Assembly (NCBI GenBank): GCA_951406725.2 | Contig: OX597819.1 | Location: forward strand, 74,028,001-74,092,000 | Origin: Octopus vulgaris | Taxonomy: Eukaryota | Length of the DNA: 64,000 nucleotides | Direction of reading: 5' to 3' | In this document: one piece after another, positions 28,391 through 46,783 of the stretch | Layout: each line of letters starts with the position of its first letter | Position numbering within the stretch: position 1 is the stretch's first letter | Notes under the pieces: generated by a model | What the model saw: the letters and a program-made list of their open reading frames with translations, nothing else | The model's database searches: none | What the model was told of the DNA's origin: nothing | Program-made: the position numbers and the translations under genes

Positions 28391-30018
28391 CAATGCCGAA
28401 AATTAATTTAAGACCGATGATAAAAGTTCTATTTCTTACAAAATATTTTGTTACTAATACCATACAAATTATTTTTATCTTTTACACCTTATGATGAATT
28501 TATTTCTCTTTCGAATGATGTAGACAATAACTATTTTTATACAACTTGAAGAATTCTAATGCTAAATTCATAGAAACGTTTCTAATTTACTGGCAAAATT
28601 AGTTTAAGACCACGTAATATATATGCAAACTTTTTGCCAAAATTGGAGGTCACACAACTAGCCTAACTTCACTATATAGTGTTATAATTTAACGTTATTA
28701 TACAATTGATTAATAAGAGGAAAACAACATAACCTCAGTCCAGTCACGAGAGCAAAAATTGTAGTACTCCACCAGCAAAAAGTTTCCTTTTCAAACATCA
28801 GCAAGCACCTAAAGTGCAGTAAAACGGCTTGTGTGCAAGCGTGGAAGATATACTCGGAGACTGGTCAATATAAAGATCGGCAAAGGACTGGTGCCCCAAG
28901 AAAAAACAACGGCACAGTTGGAACGTCGAATCCACCGACTTTCAGAAGGCAACGGACCGCCGTTGACAGTTGTAAGCAATTGTCCGACGAGAATGGTGTT
29001 ATTTTTACACCACAAACCGTCCGCAACCTTTTGAGAGAATTAGGACTACATGGACGAATCGCTAGGTAAAAGCCAATAACATCCGAAAGAAATCGATTCA
29101 AACGCCTTAATTTCGCAAAAAGCCATGCTCAATGAACTGCCGTAGATTGGTGCAGGGTCCTTTGGAGTGACGAGTCACGCTTCTGTATATTTGGATCAGA
29201 TGGTAAAACATACGTCAAATATCGCCCAACCGAGGAATTCCATCCCAAATGCCTGAAAAAGACAGCGCAAGCGGTGTGTGGGGGTGTTATGGTGCGGGCG
29301 GCATTTCGTAGCTTTGATGTTGGCCCTCTAGTTAAAGTTAATGGAAAGCTAAATAGTGTAGGTTATATGAATCTACTAAAGGATAATGATGTGCCATATT
29401 TGACTCACCAAATGCCTTCGGGGGCTATTTATCAGCAGGACAATAGTCCTGTGCACAAGGCCCAGAAGTTATGGAATTTTTTGATCACCATAATATTGAC
29501 GTAATCGAATGGCCTCCCCAGAGCCCGGACCTGAATCCGATCGACTACCTGTGGAATTATGTTTCCAAAATGTCTATGCTAAAAAACCATCTAATCTAAA
29601 ACAATTATTCGATTATATCATTGAAACATGGCAAAATATTCCCATAGAATTTTGTAATCACTTAGCGAATTCAATGCCGAGACGTTGTTCAGCCGTTATT
29701 AAGAATAAAGGCTACGGCACAAAGTACTAATATGTATTTCGTTCTTGTTGCTCATTTTTGCTACAATCTTAAGCCTTAAATAAAATTATAATGATATAGT
29801 TTTAAACTAATTTTGCCGGTAAATTTGAAACGTTTATATTAATTTAGCATTAGAATTCTTCAAGTTGTATAAAAATAGTTATTGTCTGCATCATTCGAAA
29901 GAGAAATAAATTCTGCATAAGGTGTAAACGATAAAGTTAATTTGAATGGTGTTAGTAACAAAATATTTTGTAAGAAATAGAAATTTTAACATCGGTCTTG
30001 CATTTATTTTCGCCAGTG
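28391..30018 (+). mobile_element. Decayed Tc1-family transposon, copy 2 (best preserved)
   Basis: Same TIRs. WSDESRF, YQQDNSPVH and WPPQSPDLNPI motifs, interrupted by stops and frameshifts. Confidence 0.9.
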
Positions 30019-30253
30019 TGTATGTATGAATTTTTGTGTACCCCCAGCATTGCTTGAGAGCCGATGCTGGTGTGGTTTCGTCCCTGTAAACTAGTGGTCC
30101 GGCAAATTAGTCCGATAGAATACGTATTTGACTTGCAATGAATAAGTCTTGGGGTCGATTTGTTCTGCTAATGGCGAAATAATGAGAGAGATAATTAAGA
30201 GACAAAAAAGAAAAAATATATTATATTAATCTGTTTGTGTGTGTGCATGTGTC

Positions 30254-30285
<32 letters not shown>

Positions 30286-31303
30286 GGAGAAAGAGAAAAA
30301 ATTTACTAAGAGAAACGTACAATATTAAAATAGAAATATTTCTTAACAGCGAACTCGTTAGTAACAGTGAGAAAGAGAGAAGAAAGAAAACAAATGGAAA
30401 ACGAATCGGCCTTACTTCTGAAAATGTATAACATACGAATTATAATGCGACTGAATTTATAATGGGGATAACCCATCACGTCGGGCTTTAATAATATAAC
30501 ATGATAATCTTTGGTGCCATTTCACCAATATTTCTCAAAGACAAACAATTTTTACATGTCAGAGATTATCTGCTCGGTAAACTTCGGACGTTGCTCTCCG
30601 CGCGTTGTCAAAACAGCGAGAGGAAATAAACAACGTTCTCGATACGACGATTCCATACTAATTTTGTTCTTTAGAAGACTTCCATAGCTCAGCTTAGCGA
30701 ATTCATTCCTAGAAATATATGTGTATTTATCAATTAATTAGGGCATTTTTTTAAATTTTGGCCCAAACTCGATATTTGATGTCTTAGACTTGTATTTCTT
30801 TTGAACACTCATCTTGCGCGAATGTATGATTGACAAGAAGCCTCACTATCCATCCATTTATCCTATCCGAACAGTCGTGGTTGTAAGCCTTCTTTTCATT
30901 AACTTTACATTTGCCAGATTTTACAATGGCCGGACTGAATTCACGTGAAATTTTTCCTTTTTAAGAGATAAAAATTTCTAAGTAAAAGATTTTGTTAATT
31001 TTCTAAATGAAAATTAATGATAAATTTTCACTTTTATATTTCATAGCAATTATCTGACCTACACTCATCGATTTCTAATCTTTCTTGAGTAGCGCGTGAC
31101 GACCAATGCTTGTGTGTTTATATACACGTTACTTACCTGTTTGGCAAAAAGTGACCAAGGGAATCAGTACATAGCTTTCTGAAATAAGTCCTTGGGTCGT
31201 AACATTCGACTAAAAATTCTTGAATGTCGATCAACAGCATGGCCGCAAACTAGTGGACTAACACAAGTAAAAGAAGATATATATGTGTATATGTATATAT
31301 ATT

Positions 31304-31371
<68 letters not shown>

Positions 31372-32029
31372 AGTATGTATGTATGTATGTATGTATGTAT
31401 GTATGTATGTATGTATGTATATACAGGTGGAAAGACGATTCGAATCTTGCATGTGTTAAGAAGTACTTCCTCACGATAATACGGTTCATATTTAGTGGAA
31501 CTATGTTAACGATTTGGGAAAGCATTTTCATAACAGCATATAGGTCACAGGCCAATTGCTAGTAGGTTACATTCGCTTAACGGGAAATTACCGAGCAGGG
31601 AAAGTGCGTTACAGTTTCATGTTAAAAATCGTTGTTACTGTCGCCACTACCATCATCATCACACCCAGCATACAGTGGTGTTACATATTACACGCTTTCC
31701 CTGGGGCTGCAATGTAAATATTAATGAGTTGTGTAGGCACGTGCGATTTCGTTATGCATAACGTGCCTACAAGTCGCTTATAGTGCCTATGTAGTATCAC
31801 CCAGATACCCTATATTACTATGAGGTCATTAATAATTCTGCACCGATATATTCTGAGGCATAAATAATCTGGAGCGTCTACCTTTTAGTAAAATATTGGT
31901 TAGAGCAAGGATTCTCTCAGCTCTCCCACTTCTTCTTAGATGAATGCCCAAGAATTATCAGACTGTAGACACGGAACAGGTAAGCTGACAGAATCAGAAG
32001 CACTTTGGACAAAATGCTTAGCCAACCAG

Positions 32030-32930
32030 CAATGTTGATGACCCAGTAGTGTTCATTATCCAGCAGTGTTCACTGTGTTGTGTTCATGCGAATCACAATT
32101 CAGTAATGATTACTATCCAAAAGCGTTTGTTCTCCAACAGTGTTCATAGCACCAAAGAATTTACCGTTTATCTGCTTTCACCATCTAAGAGACTTACCAT
32201 TTTACAGTGTACATAACTGAGCACTGTTCAATATCCAACAGTTTCTATTAAGGAAAAGTATTTATTTTCTAACGTCTAATAGAGATCCCCATCTACTACT
32301 ACCCAACAATGTTCACTATTCTACAATGTTTATTACCCAACACTGTTTACTAACGAACATCATTCATTGTCCAAAAGAGACCATTACCCAACAGTGATAA
32401 TTTTCCAAGAATGTCTATTCATGTTGTTCAATATTTAACAGCGTACGTTATCCAAGAGTCTCTGCTGTATATTAATGTTCACTAACAAACTCTGTCCACC
32501 AGCCTGCGACGTTCATTCTGCGACAGTGTTCACTATCTCGTTTCCTAACAAGCCATGTTCATTGTCCAGCAGTGTTCACCACAAACCAATGCCCATTATC
32601 TAACGTTATTTACAATCCTAAAGCATTCATTATCTGACATTTCTTAGTATCCATCATCTTTCATTATACAGCAATGTTAACCATCTTACATTACTCGATA
32701 TCTAACAGTGTTTACTTTGCTACCACGCTCATTGTCCAACAATGTTCACCACCCAACAGTGTTCACAATCCAATACTGTTACATATCAGTCTCACTATCA
32801 GATAGTGTACATTATCTAACAGAGCACACCATCATACTCTGTTTACTATCGTACAATGTTCACTATCCGGCAATTTCCTCATCAATGTTTATGATCTCAT
32901 GATATTCATTATCCAGAAGTATTCATTGTA
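32030..32930 (+). repeat. Degenerate ~17-bp minisatellite (consensus ~AGTGTTCACTATCCAAC)
   Basis: Consecutive 17-mers, e.g. aatgttcactattctac aatgtttattacccaac actgtttactaacgaac at ~32308-32360. Confidence 0.7.
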
Positions 32931-33224
32931 TACTGGATGTGAACATCCTTCTCATATATTCTTCAAAGTTCCCATACTTACATATCACAGCACAATCTCT
33001 CAATCTCCCTCGTATTTCTAATTAGTTATTCATACACAAACAGACACACACACACTCACACACACACACACACATACATACATACATACATACATACATA
33101 CATACATACATACATACATACATACGTACTTACATACATAGATCTAGTTTAGAAACCTGTTCTTTCTCTATTGGCAAGGAATCTTGAAATAGACTGAATA
33201 ACAACATACATACATACACAGCTG

Positions 33225-33895
33225 CGAGTAAAGCTGTACGACTCTGACATGGCTGCACTCAGTGAATCACCACAGTTAGACGAATGGAAAGCTGGACACT
33301 TATGATTCTGGAGACGCATGTTTCTGCAAGAAATGAGAACGAGACACGCAGCTCTCGTATTTCTGATCGCATCATGACTATTATGTCACGGCTTGATTGG
33401 AACACGCTATGTTTGACGGGTACTACGCTCTAAACATGGCCACCTCTGAGCAGAAAAGGACGACTTTTCCAACTAACTTTCCGATGTTTGAAGGAGACAT
33501 TTTCTTATAGAAAATATGAGATTCTTCTAAAAGATTACTCAATACAAGTGTGGCGATATAACAGTGATCATTATTGATGTAATATCGACAAAAATATTAA
33601 TTGTGATATTTTGCCGCGCATCATTAGGAATGCTCGAGTCCTGAGATATTTTTCTCCAGTGATGGCCGTAGGACATAATCTCGTCATAACATTGGAAGAA
33701 CGAAAAAGAGAAGAAAGGTGTTTCTAAGTTTGCATCATCTTCGTATTTTCCTCTCAGTTGCTTTATTCAAAAGAAGAAACGATTCCCTCTGGTACAGGTT
33801 CGATGCAAGAATTGATAGTTTCCAACTTTGGCTCAAGGTCAGCAATTTCGGGGTAGGTGTAATGGATTTCGTCGACGCCATTACGTAAATGGTAC
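33225..33895 (+). mobile_element. Decayed LINE (RTE-like) APE-endonuclease relic in the 3' flank of gene copies B-H (also ~11530-12140 -, ~17750-18260 +, ~26390-27030 -, ~45720-46300 -, ~51150-51650 +, 63770-64000 -)
   Basis: Frameshifted translation gives ISDRIMTI..., YYALNMATSEQKKDDFSN*LSDV..., LLxD.NxSV..., NLVIT. These match the SDRIM / YAPT..KDxFY..L / GDFNARVG / LVITNT series of RTE endonucleases. Confidence 0.5.
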
Positions 33896-34014
33896 TTATT
33901 TTATGATGACGGGAAGAAAAAAATGTCCTACTGGTGAGATACATTGTAATATAATATATATAAAATGTATATTGAAGAGAAAGAATTGACTGTAACATGA
34001 AATATAAAAAGAAA

Positions 34015-34407
34015 TCTTTATATATAAAAGTGAAGTTGTGTGTCTGTCTCCTACGATTTAGATTCTCAACTACTCCCACATTTTGCGATGCAGTGTAACC
34101 AAAAGCGGGTATCTTATAGTCGTGATTCGTATCAAGCCATTCTGGTTATTAGCGCGCGTCTACGATGAGTCTACGATTTAAAAAACAATTACCATTACTT
34201 TTTACCATTTTTAATGAATTTTTTGGCTATTATATAAGGGAAGTAACTCTCTAAAAATGTATTAATAAATCTCAGAACGTAAAAAGCTACAGTAACACCC
34301 CCTTTGTGGTTAGCCATATTGATATGGCTATTATACTTTGTATCTCTAAAAATGCTTATATAGTTATTTCCCTTACAAACCCGAGGAACGGCGGGCGATA
34401 CTGCTAG
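34015..34407 (+). mobile_element. Same Helitron-like insertion, duplicated copy (3' flank of gene E)
   Basis: Same termini and flanks as 70-462. Confidence 0.75.
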
Positions 34408-34614
34408 TTATTTACAAAATAAATCACATCTTTTCATATCAAGAAATAATGGAACAAATAATAAATAAGATATGGATGTCTGTAACGAAGTTGCAATCCA
34501 CTCATTGAACAAAATCAAAAACTCAAACAACAGAATATAAAATAAAATATTAACTCTTTAATGTTTCCATAGAAAATTCCCATTTATATAATAAATAATA
34601 GAAATGATGTTGGC

Positions 34615-34653
<39 letters not shown>

Positions 34654-35140
34654 TATGCAGGGAAGTCTTGCTAATATAATGCATAGGAATATAATGTATA
34701 TATTATAACGAAGATTAAAAATATAGGAAATGGAATCGGAAAATAAAAAAATTAAAAATGAATTAAATAACGTAGCTATAGTTATGTATATATGAATATA
34801 TATATATTTAGATAAATATAGGTATGTATATATGAAAAATATATATAGATTGATCCGTCACAGTCCCATTGGTGTAATACCAATAACAGCGATGTAACAC
34901 GATATTAAATAGAAATATTTATTTCATAAAGGAGAAATATATATTGTTTACGATTATAAACGTGATAAGAAAATATAAGATAAAAATTAATGGAAATATT
35001 GGTATTTAACGATTAATATAATCGTCGATATGATTATTAAGTGGTGAAGCTAAAACACTTCTACATAATTGAAACGATACACTTGTATCTGATTTTTCTC
35101 TAACTGAGATTGGTTCCAGAAGTATTATAACGGGAATTAA

Positions 35141-38852
<3,712 letters not shown>

Positions 38853-38954
38853 TTTGTGTGAATTTTCGTTATGAAAAATGTTTTAAGAGAACGTCAATTT
38901 GTAGTTCCTTTGCTTGTTACGAATTATTGTGTTTAAGTGACGATGGAAGATCGG

Positions 38955-39240
38955 CTTATATAGTTGTTTCAGCAGTGATAGGTTTGGAAAATCCCGTTCT
39001 ATGTGATGGCCTTCATGAAGCTGGAAGATATCATCTTCCTTTATCTGTTGTTTAAATTTAGTTTACGAAAATTGCTCGCTTTCATTTCTGGCGGAAGTTG
39101 AAGCTTGTGCTAATATTTTACTTTCAGTGTGACAGAGATTTAGGTTTACGGGAAGAGGAAAGCTTTTATGAATGAACTATTTTTATCACAGTATATAGGT
39201 CACAGTCCAATTGCTAGTAGGTTACTTTCGCTTAACGGGA
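38955..39240 (-). promoter_or_regulatory. Gene E proximal promoter
   Basis: kB at 38995-38986, TATATAAG nearby, STAT core TTCCCGTAA at 39154-39146. Confidence 0.62.
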
Positions 39241-41357
39241 AGTAACCGAGCGGGAAATAGTGAGTTACACTTTCATGTTACAAATCGTTGTTACTATCGC
39301 CGTCGCCAACGTCGTCGTCGTCATTATCATTATCATCATCATGTGTATCAGCTCCATCATCTTCACGACGACGACGATTACCACCACCACTACCACCACC
39401 ACCACCACCACCCTCACCATCACCACCATCACCACCGCCAGAACGAAATAAAGAAACCAATCACTCAAACATCGTATAATTCCCTGAAGCACAACTCAGA
39501 TACATTCAGAAATCAAGTGTCTAATATCCCAAAAAACGAATACAGAAACTATTGAAAATAATTTACAACCAGCAATACCGACAGTCACAAATGGAGAAAT
39601 GTGCTTAGAAGCCGAGGAAGGGGGAGGAGAAAGAAGAGGAGGAAGGGGGTACGAAACAGAAGAAACAGCATCAATATAAGAATATGGCAAGAACAGAAAT
39701 CTTCGACTAGATAATAGAAATCCTTGTTGCAAGCGACCTGATTCTCCGTCGGTTATTACGACGTGTGTTCCAGATGATACAATCAATCGAACAGAGTTTT
39801 CATGAAATTAACGTGCAAGCGGCTGAGTACTCCACAGACACGTGTACACTTAACGTAATTCTGAAAGAAGTTCAATATGACAAAGAATGTGATAAGGCTG
39901 ACCCCTTCTGAAATGCAGGCACAACTCAACAGTTATGACTCAGGAATGGCAAACATAGTGACATACACCAATGTGACTCTCTCAATCCTTTCTTCGAAGC
40001 ACAAACGTAAAGGACTTGGTCTTCAAAAGCCCAACCATCAACACCATGCATTAATCAAACACCCTCATGAAATATCTAGCAAGGATGAATTCACTTACCC
40101 ACCCCAACCCTGAATTTTCTGTAAAAACTTGTGGAGATAGCTGATGCGGAATACGAATTAGGCAAATTTACAACCATTTAGAAATATTCGAGGAATAAAG
40201 ACGGATATTAATTGCGAAACAAGAAATCTCTTATGTTACATAATCTGGCCTAGTCGTAAGGAAAACTATATTGGTTAAACTTGAATCTCCTTGAGTGATA
40301 GAGAGAACATACACACACTTTATCCCGACCAAAGGGAAATCCCACTTAGTGAAAATTAACTAATTTGCGATGACAAGTTTATTTTTGTCCTGTTTATCTT
40401 TGCTTAACAGACAATCCAAAATATTTTTTAAAAATTGAGAAGTATTTTTTAAAAATAAATTCTCCAAAATTAACTTTGCTTTAAAAGACAATACTGAACA
40501 AAAGACAATATTTTTTTTACCTCCGTCTCGAAATACTTCTTTAGGAGAGATGAAAACGACCCTAAACTGAAAAATTCCGCCTCAAATACATATTTTTATA
40601 TTACTTTCTCTTTTTCTTATTTTTTAATTGAAAATTAGGTGAAACGGAATTTTGACATTTTCACTTCTATCTCTCAATGAATTGTTTCTAGTTTTGCTAC
40701 TCGTTTATTAATTCTACACATATTAGTATGGAAATTGTGTGTGTATATGTGTGTGTATGTGTGTTTGTGTGTGTATGTATGTATTTATATATCACTGATC
40801 CATGTACACGCCTGCACATAAACGCCATGTATATCTTAAAGAATCGCTTCTTTTTCATTTTATCACGGGGCCTGTTTGTATGTGGTTGTTATTTTCTCTC
40901 CTTCGTATTTCATATCAGCTATCTCCACAAGCATTTGGAGAAACAATTCCAGATGTGTTTTCAAATGAATTTCACCTTTGTTAGGTATTGCATGAGAGTA
41001 TGAACGGGGCCACATACACACACATTTTCCCGAGCAAAGGGAAATCCTACTTTGTGAAAATTAACTAATTTGCGTTAAGAAGTTTAATTTTTTTTCCTGT
41101 TTGTCTTTGCTTCAGAGACAATCCACGACAATTATAACCTTTAATCTAATGAAGATATCCTTGGCATGATGATTAGGTGGCAGTATACACCTCACTTGGA
41201 TTTTACCACTTCTGAAGTTTCACTCGCCATGAAACACATGTATCCCGGATTTTCCTTCTCCATTTTGCATTCTTTTTGCAAATTCGCAAAACCTTGTCGC
41301 CTACCGTAGAATTGCATGAAGCTGTCTTACTAAATCTCCATCCCTGGATCTTACATT

Positions 41358-41413
<56 letters not shown>

Positions 41414-41418
41414 CGTGC

Positions 41419-41451
<33 letters not shown>

Positions 41452-41648
41452 TGTGTGTGTTCCTATGCATGCATGTATTTATATATGTATGAATGTATAT
41501 ATGTATGTGCTGGTGGTGAAGATGATGGAGCTGATACACATGATGATGACAATGATAATGACGACGACGACGTTGGCGACGGCGAGAGTACCAACGATTT
41601 GTAACATGAAACTGTAAATAACTATTCCCCGCTCGATTACCTCCCGTT

Positions 41649-41927
41649 AAGCGAAAGTAACCTACTAGCAATTGGACTGTGACCTATATACTGTGATAAA
41701 AATAGTTCATTCATAAAAGCATTCCTCTTCGCGTAAACCTAAATCTCTGTCACACTGAAAGTAAAATATTAACACAAGCTTCAACTTCCGCGATAAATGA
41801 AAGCGAGCAATTTTCGTAAACTAAATTTAAACGGTAGATAAAGGAAGATGATATCTTCCAGCTTCATGAAGGCCATCACATAGAATGGGATTTTCCAAAC
41901 CTATCACTGCTAAAACCACTATATAAG
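41649..41927 (+). promoter_or_regulatory. Gene F proximal promoter
   Basis: kB GGGATTTTCC at 41887-41896, TATATAAG at ~41920. Confidence 0.62.
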
Positions 41928-42029
41928 CCGATATTCCATCGTCACTTAAACACAATAAATTGTAACAAGCAAAGGAACTACAACATGACGTTCTCTCAAA
42001 ACCTTTTTCATAACGAAAATTCACACAAA

Positions 42030-42048
42030 ATGAATAACTGTAAGTATG

Positions 42049-42146
<98 letters not shown>

Positions 42147-43127
42147 TTATCTATCTATCTTTCTATCCAATTCATCCATTTATCTCTCTCGCTCTCTCTC
42201 ACTCTCTATCTATCTTTTTTTCTTTTTATTCTTTTAATTTTTTATCTTATTTATTTATTTATTTTTCTCTTTTCTTCCCTTTTGCGATCCCTCTTGATCG
42301 AAAACCTACGCCACCCCCTTTTTTTTCTTTTGTTTTTTGTTTTCTTCATCCCCCAAAAACTCTACCTTGTAACTTATCCCATCTGTGTGCAGCCCTGTGT
42401 GGCCAATAAAGAAACTTATCTATCTATCTATCTATCTATCTTTCTATCTATATAAGTGGTTTTAAATAGCCCCGTCTTTCCTGTGATATATGAAATATAG
42501 CATCTTTCCCTAAAGTGAATATTTCTATTTTTATTACTGTTGAATACAAGCATCACAGTGCAGTGAATTGTTTTTATTTCTATTATTTAATTATCACACT
42601 CAATTCCTATGGTAGAACAAAACACAACAAAACACTTAAAACGTGGCCTTCTTCCACTCAGCCATGTATCTATTCACTTCCCTTTAACACACTACACAAG
42701 AAAGTATGGTTTATATTTAGTGGAACTATGTTAAATATTTGTGAATATCGTTTATTGAGTTCCAAAATGTTCAGCTCATTGTTTACTACACGTGAAAAAC
42801 TAACAGCGACTTATCGAGTTATTTCTTTTTAATAATAACAATTTCTTCAATGTCTCCCTTTCCTTCCAAATGTTCCTTAATGGTATTTTTTTTCTATTTT
42901 CCCGTAGACTGGCAATATATATTGGTCCTATGTATCTCAGTTTGGACTTCATTCATCCATGGAGCATCGATAAAACCTACAGCGATACCAATAAATAACA
43001 TAAAAGCTCAGCTGGACGTGGCTCGCAGGGCCTCAATAGCCGTGAACACTACTTTGCATTCTTTTGTAAGTTTACATTTATTTCTTCATATAATATTTTT
43101 ATTATTATTGTTATTCTTGATATTGTT

Positions 43128-43191
<64 letters not shown>

Positions 43192-44864
43192 ACATCATTA
43201 TTACAACTTAAAACACTCCAATAATATATTACTTAAATTACTACCCACATAATAATTAATAAAGTTCTTATAAAGATCAATATTTATAACTATTCAGTGT
43301 AAACGGACTTCTACTCCGTTGTTTTCTAATCCTATCTGTCCAAATCTCAGACTCATAATATGTCACGTGTTTTTCTACAGTGCCACAACACTCCAATGGC
43401 TTCTGCGGTATCCTGTCCTCACTTTATTCATATGCTACTCAACCAGACGGAACTTACATTCCCTCAGCTCTACATTCAAGACAATATCACCATCGCGCAG
43501 ACAGACTTAGTCAAGGTATGGACATATTATCAAACATATTTTCTTGAAATATTTATACACTTTATATCTAAAGTCGATTCTATATTTTATAAGAAATCTC
43601 AATCAGTGTCGAATAAAATTCAAGCTTCTCACAATTCTTTATTACAGATTGCTCTATCCAATATGTCTGCAACCCTCAGTCAATATGTTACTGTGTTGAA
43701 GAACCAGACGGAAAAAGAATATGACCAGCTGTGTGCCCCTGCCAAACGTATACAGACAAAATGTTATTATCCCGCTGCCTGTTCTAAACTCACTCCCACA
43801 TCTGATGCCATATTTTATTGTTACTTAAAACAAACACTTTCTTACCTGGTTGATACGATACTTTTTCTGGATTCACCGGTAAGTATTATTATCGTAATAT
43901 ATTTTCCTAGATGAAGATTCACGCGATTTCTCTTTTATTTCCTCACGAAAAATGAATGTAGATAAATGCCTTGTTCAATAAAACAGCACCAAAATATCCT
44001 CATGTTTATCGGAATATATATTAAATATATATCTCATAGAATAGATCCGGGAAGATATGGTCAGTTGATTTAGAGAAATTGTTGACAAGTAATATATACT
44101 CATTTCGAAGCATTCTTTCAAAGTATTCTTGTATTTCATGACTACCAAAAAATTACAAATTACATCTCTTCAGGGTTTCTAAGATTTCTGTCGTAAAATA
44201 CTTCCTGCAGACGATAATCAGCTTACGTTCTGCACACTTTCCTCATTTTTATAATGTAGACAACAATGCATAGAATTGCAATCAGCGTAGAATGTCTAAT
44301 TATTTGAAAGAATTACTACAATTAGAATAATTTTGAACTTACTCTATCAAAATGTTATCCGTAATATATACGTGTTTTTGCATTTATGTCTATATTATTA
44401 TTAGTAGTAAATTCATATATAAGATGTGTTAGTATATTGTTAGTATTGGTAAATGTGATATATAATATGCTCGTATAAATATCTCTATAGTATTGAATGT
44501 AGGGGGAAAAAGCTACATTGACCATGTCTAGAACTCCTCCAAGTAGGGCTTCCTATGGATAAATATATTCGGTTTCATTACATGTGTGTGTGTGTGTATG
44601 TGTGTGTGTATGTGTGTGTGTGTGAGTGAGTCTTCGTGTGTGTCTGTGTATTAATATCAATTAATGCTTATCCCTACTTTACAATGTTCTTTTCATATAT
44701 TTCAGATATTTTCAAACATCAAACAAAATGTCGAAGTGGATGACAGTCTTTTGCTACCGGACGATGTGCCAATAACCAAGCAGCGATGGTTTACCATAAT
44801 TACACTCCATACACTTCATGAAAATATAAACCACATTCAAAATACTCTAGAATCCTTTATGTAA
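42030..44864 (+). CDS. Gene F: paralogue, 274-aa secreted putative helical cytokine
   Basis: Exons 42030-42039, 42908-43065, 43381-43878, 44706-44864. GT-AG, intact. Confidence 0.82.
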
Positions 44865-46384
44865 TTGATTCCTGTTATAATACTTCTGTAACCAATCTCA
44901 GTTAGAGAAAAATCAGATACAAGTGTATCGTTTCAATTATGTAGAAGTGTTTTAGCTTCACCACTTAATAATCATATCGACGATTATATTAATCGTTAAA
45001 TACCAATATTTCCATTAATTTTTATCTTATATTTTCTTATCACGTTTATAATCGTAAACAATATATATTTCTCCTTTATGAAATCAATATTTCTATTTAA
45101 TATCGTGTTACATCGATGTTGTTGGGATTAACCAATGGGGCTGTGACGGATCAATCTATATATATTCTTCATATATACATACCTATATTTATCTATATAT
45201 ATATATTCATATATACATAACTATAGCTACGTTATTTAATTCATTTTTAATTTTTTTATTTTCCGATTCCATTTCCTATATTTTTAATCTTCGTTATAAT
45301 ATATACACCATATTCCTATGCATTATACTAGCAAGACTTCCCTGCATACTTACACACACACACACATATACGCCGACATCATTTCTATTATTTATTATAT
45401 AAATGAGAATTATATTTTTATATGGAAACATTAAAGTGTTAATATTTTATTTTATATTCTGTTGTTTGTGTTTTTGATTTTGTTCAATGAGTGGATTACA
45501 ACTTCGTTACAGACATCCATATTATATTTACTACTTGTTCCATTATTTCTTGATATCAATAGATGTGATTTATTTTATGAATAATTTCTTTTTATATTTC
45601 ATATTACAGTCATTTCTTTATCTTTATTATATATTTTATATACATTATATTACAATGTATCTCACCAGTAGGACATTTTTTTCTTCCCGTCTTCATAAAA
45701 TAAGTACCATTTACGTAATGGGGTCGTCGAAATCCATTACACCTACCCCGAAATTGCTGGCCCATAGCCAAAGTTGGAAACTATCAATTCTTGTATCGAA
45801 CCTGGGCCAGAGGGAATCGTTTCCTCTTTTGAATAAAACAACTGAGAGGAAAATACGAAGATGATACAAACCAAGAAACACCTTTCTTCTCTTTTTCGTT
45901 CTTCCAATGTTATGACGAGATTATGTCCTACGGCCCTCACTAGAGAAAATGCAGCAGGAGAAAATATCCCGGGACTCGTGCATTCCTCATTGAAGCTCAT
46001 CGAAATACCACAATATTTTTGTCAATATTAGATCAATAATGATCACTGTTATTGAATCTCATATTTTCTATAAGAAAATGTCTCCTTCAAGACATCAGAA
46101 AGTTAGTTGGAAAAGTCATCCTTTTTCTCCTCAGAGGTGGTCATGGTTAGAGCGTAGTGCCTGTGAAACATAGCGTTCCAATCAAGCCGTGACATAATAG
46201 TCTTGATGCGATCAGAAATACGAGAGCTGCGTGTCTCGTTCTCATTTCTTGCTGTGGTGTTTCACTGAGTGCAGCCATGTCAGAGACGCACAGCTTTACT
46301 CGTATCTATGTATATTATTATTCAGTCTATTTCAAGATTTCTTGCCAATATAGAAAGAACAAGTTTCTAACCTAGCTACACACA

Positions 46385-46468
<84 letters not shown>

Positions 46469-46617
46469 TGTATGTATGTATGTATGTATGTATATATAGG
46501 CTCTGGCCTGGCTGTGGTAAGAAGATTTCTTTCGATCTACACGCTTGCAGGTTCCGTCCCACTATGTGGCTCCCGTGTGAGTGGATTTGGTAGATGGAAA
46601 TAGAAAGAAACACGTCG

Positions 46618-46661
<44 letters not shown>

Positions 46662-46694
46662 TATACAAAGAGTGAGAGAGAAGGAGAGAGAGAA

Positions 46695-46725
<31 letters not shown>

Positions 46726-46731
46726 AAGAGA

Positions 46732-46765
<34 letters not shown>

Positions 46766-46783
46766 CAAACAGAGATGTATGTA

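Noticed and set aside
30555-30712. ~50-codon open stretch on the minus strand after a tttctag acceptor-like site
   Set aside because: Frameshifted or stopped in the copies at ~15650-15800 and ~18420-18570; no recognisable protein motif.
32030-32930. CRISPR-like array
   Set aside because: Contiguous degenerate 17-mers without unique spacers, eukaryotic context, no cas genes.
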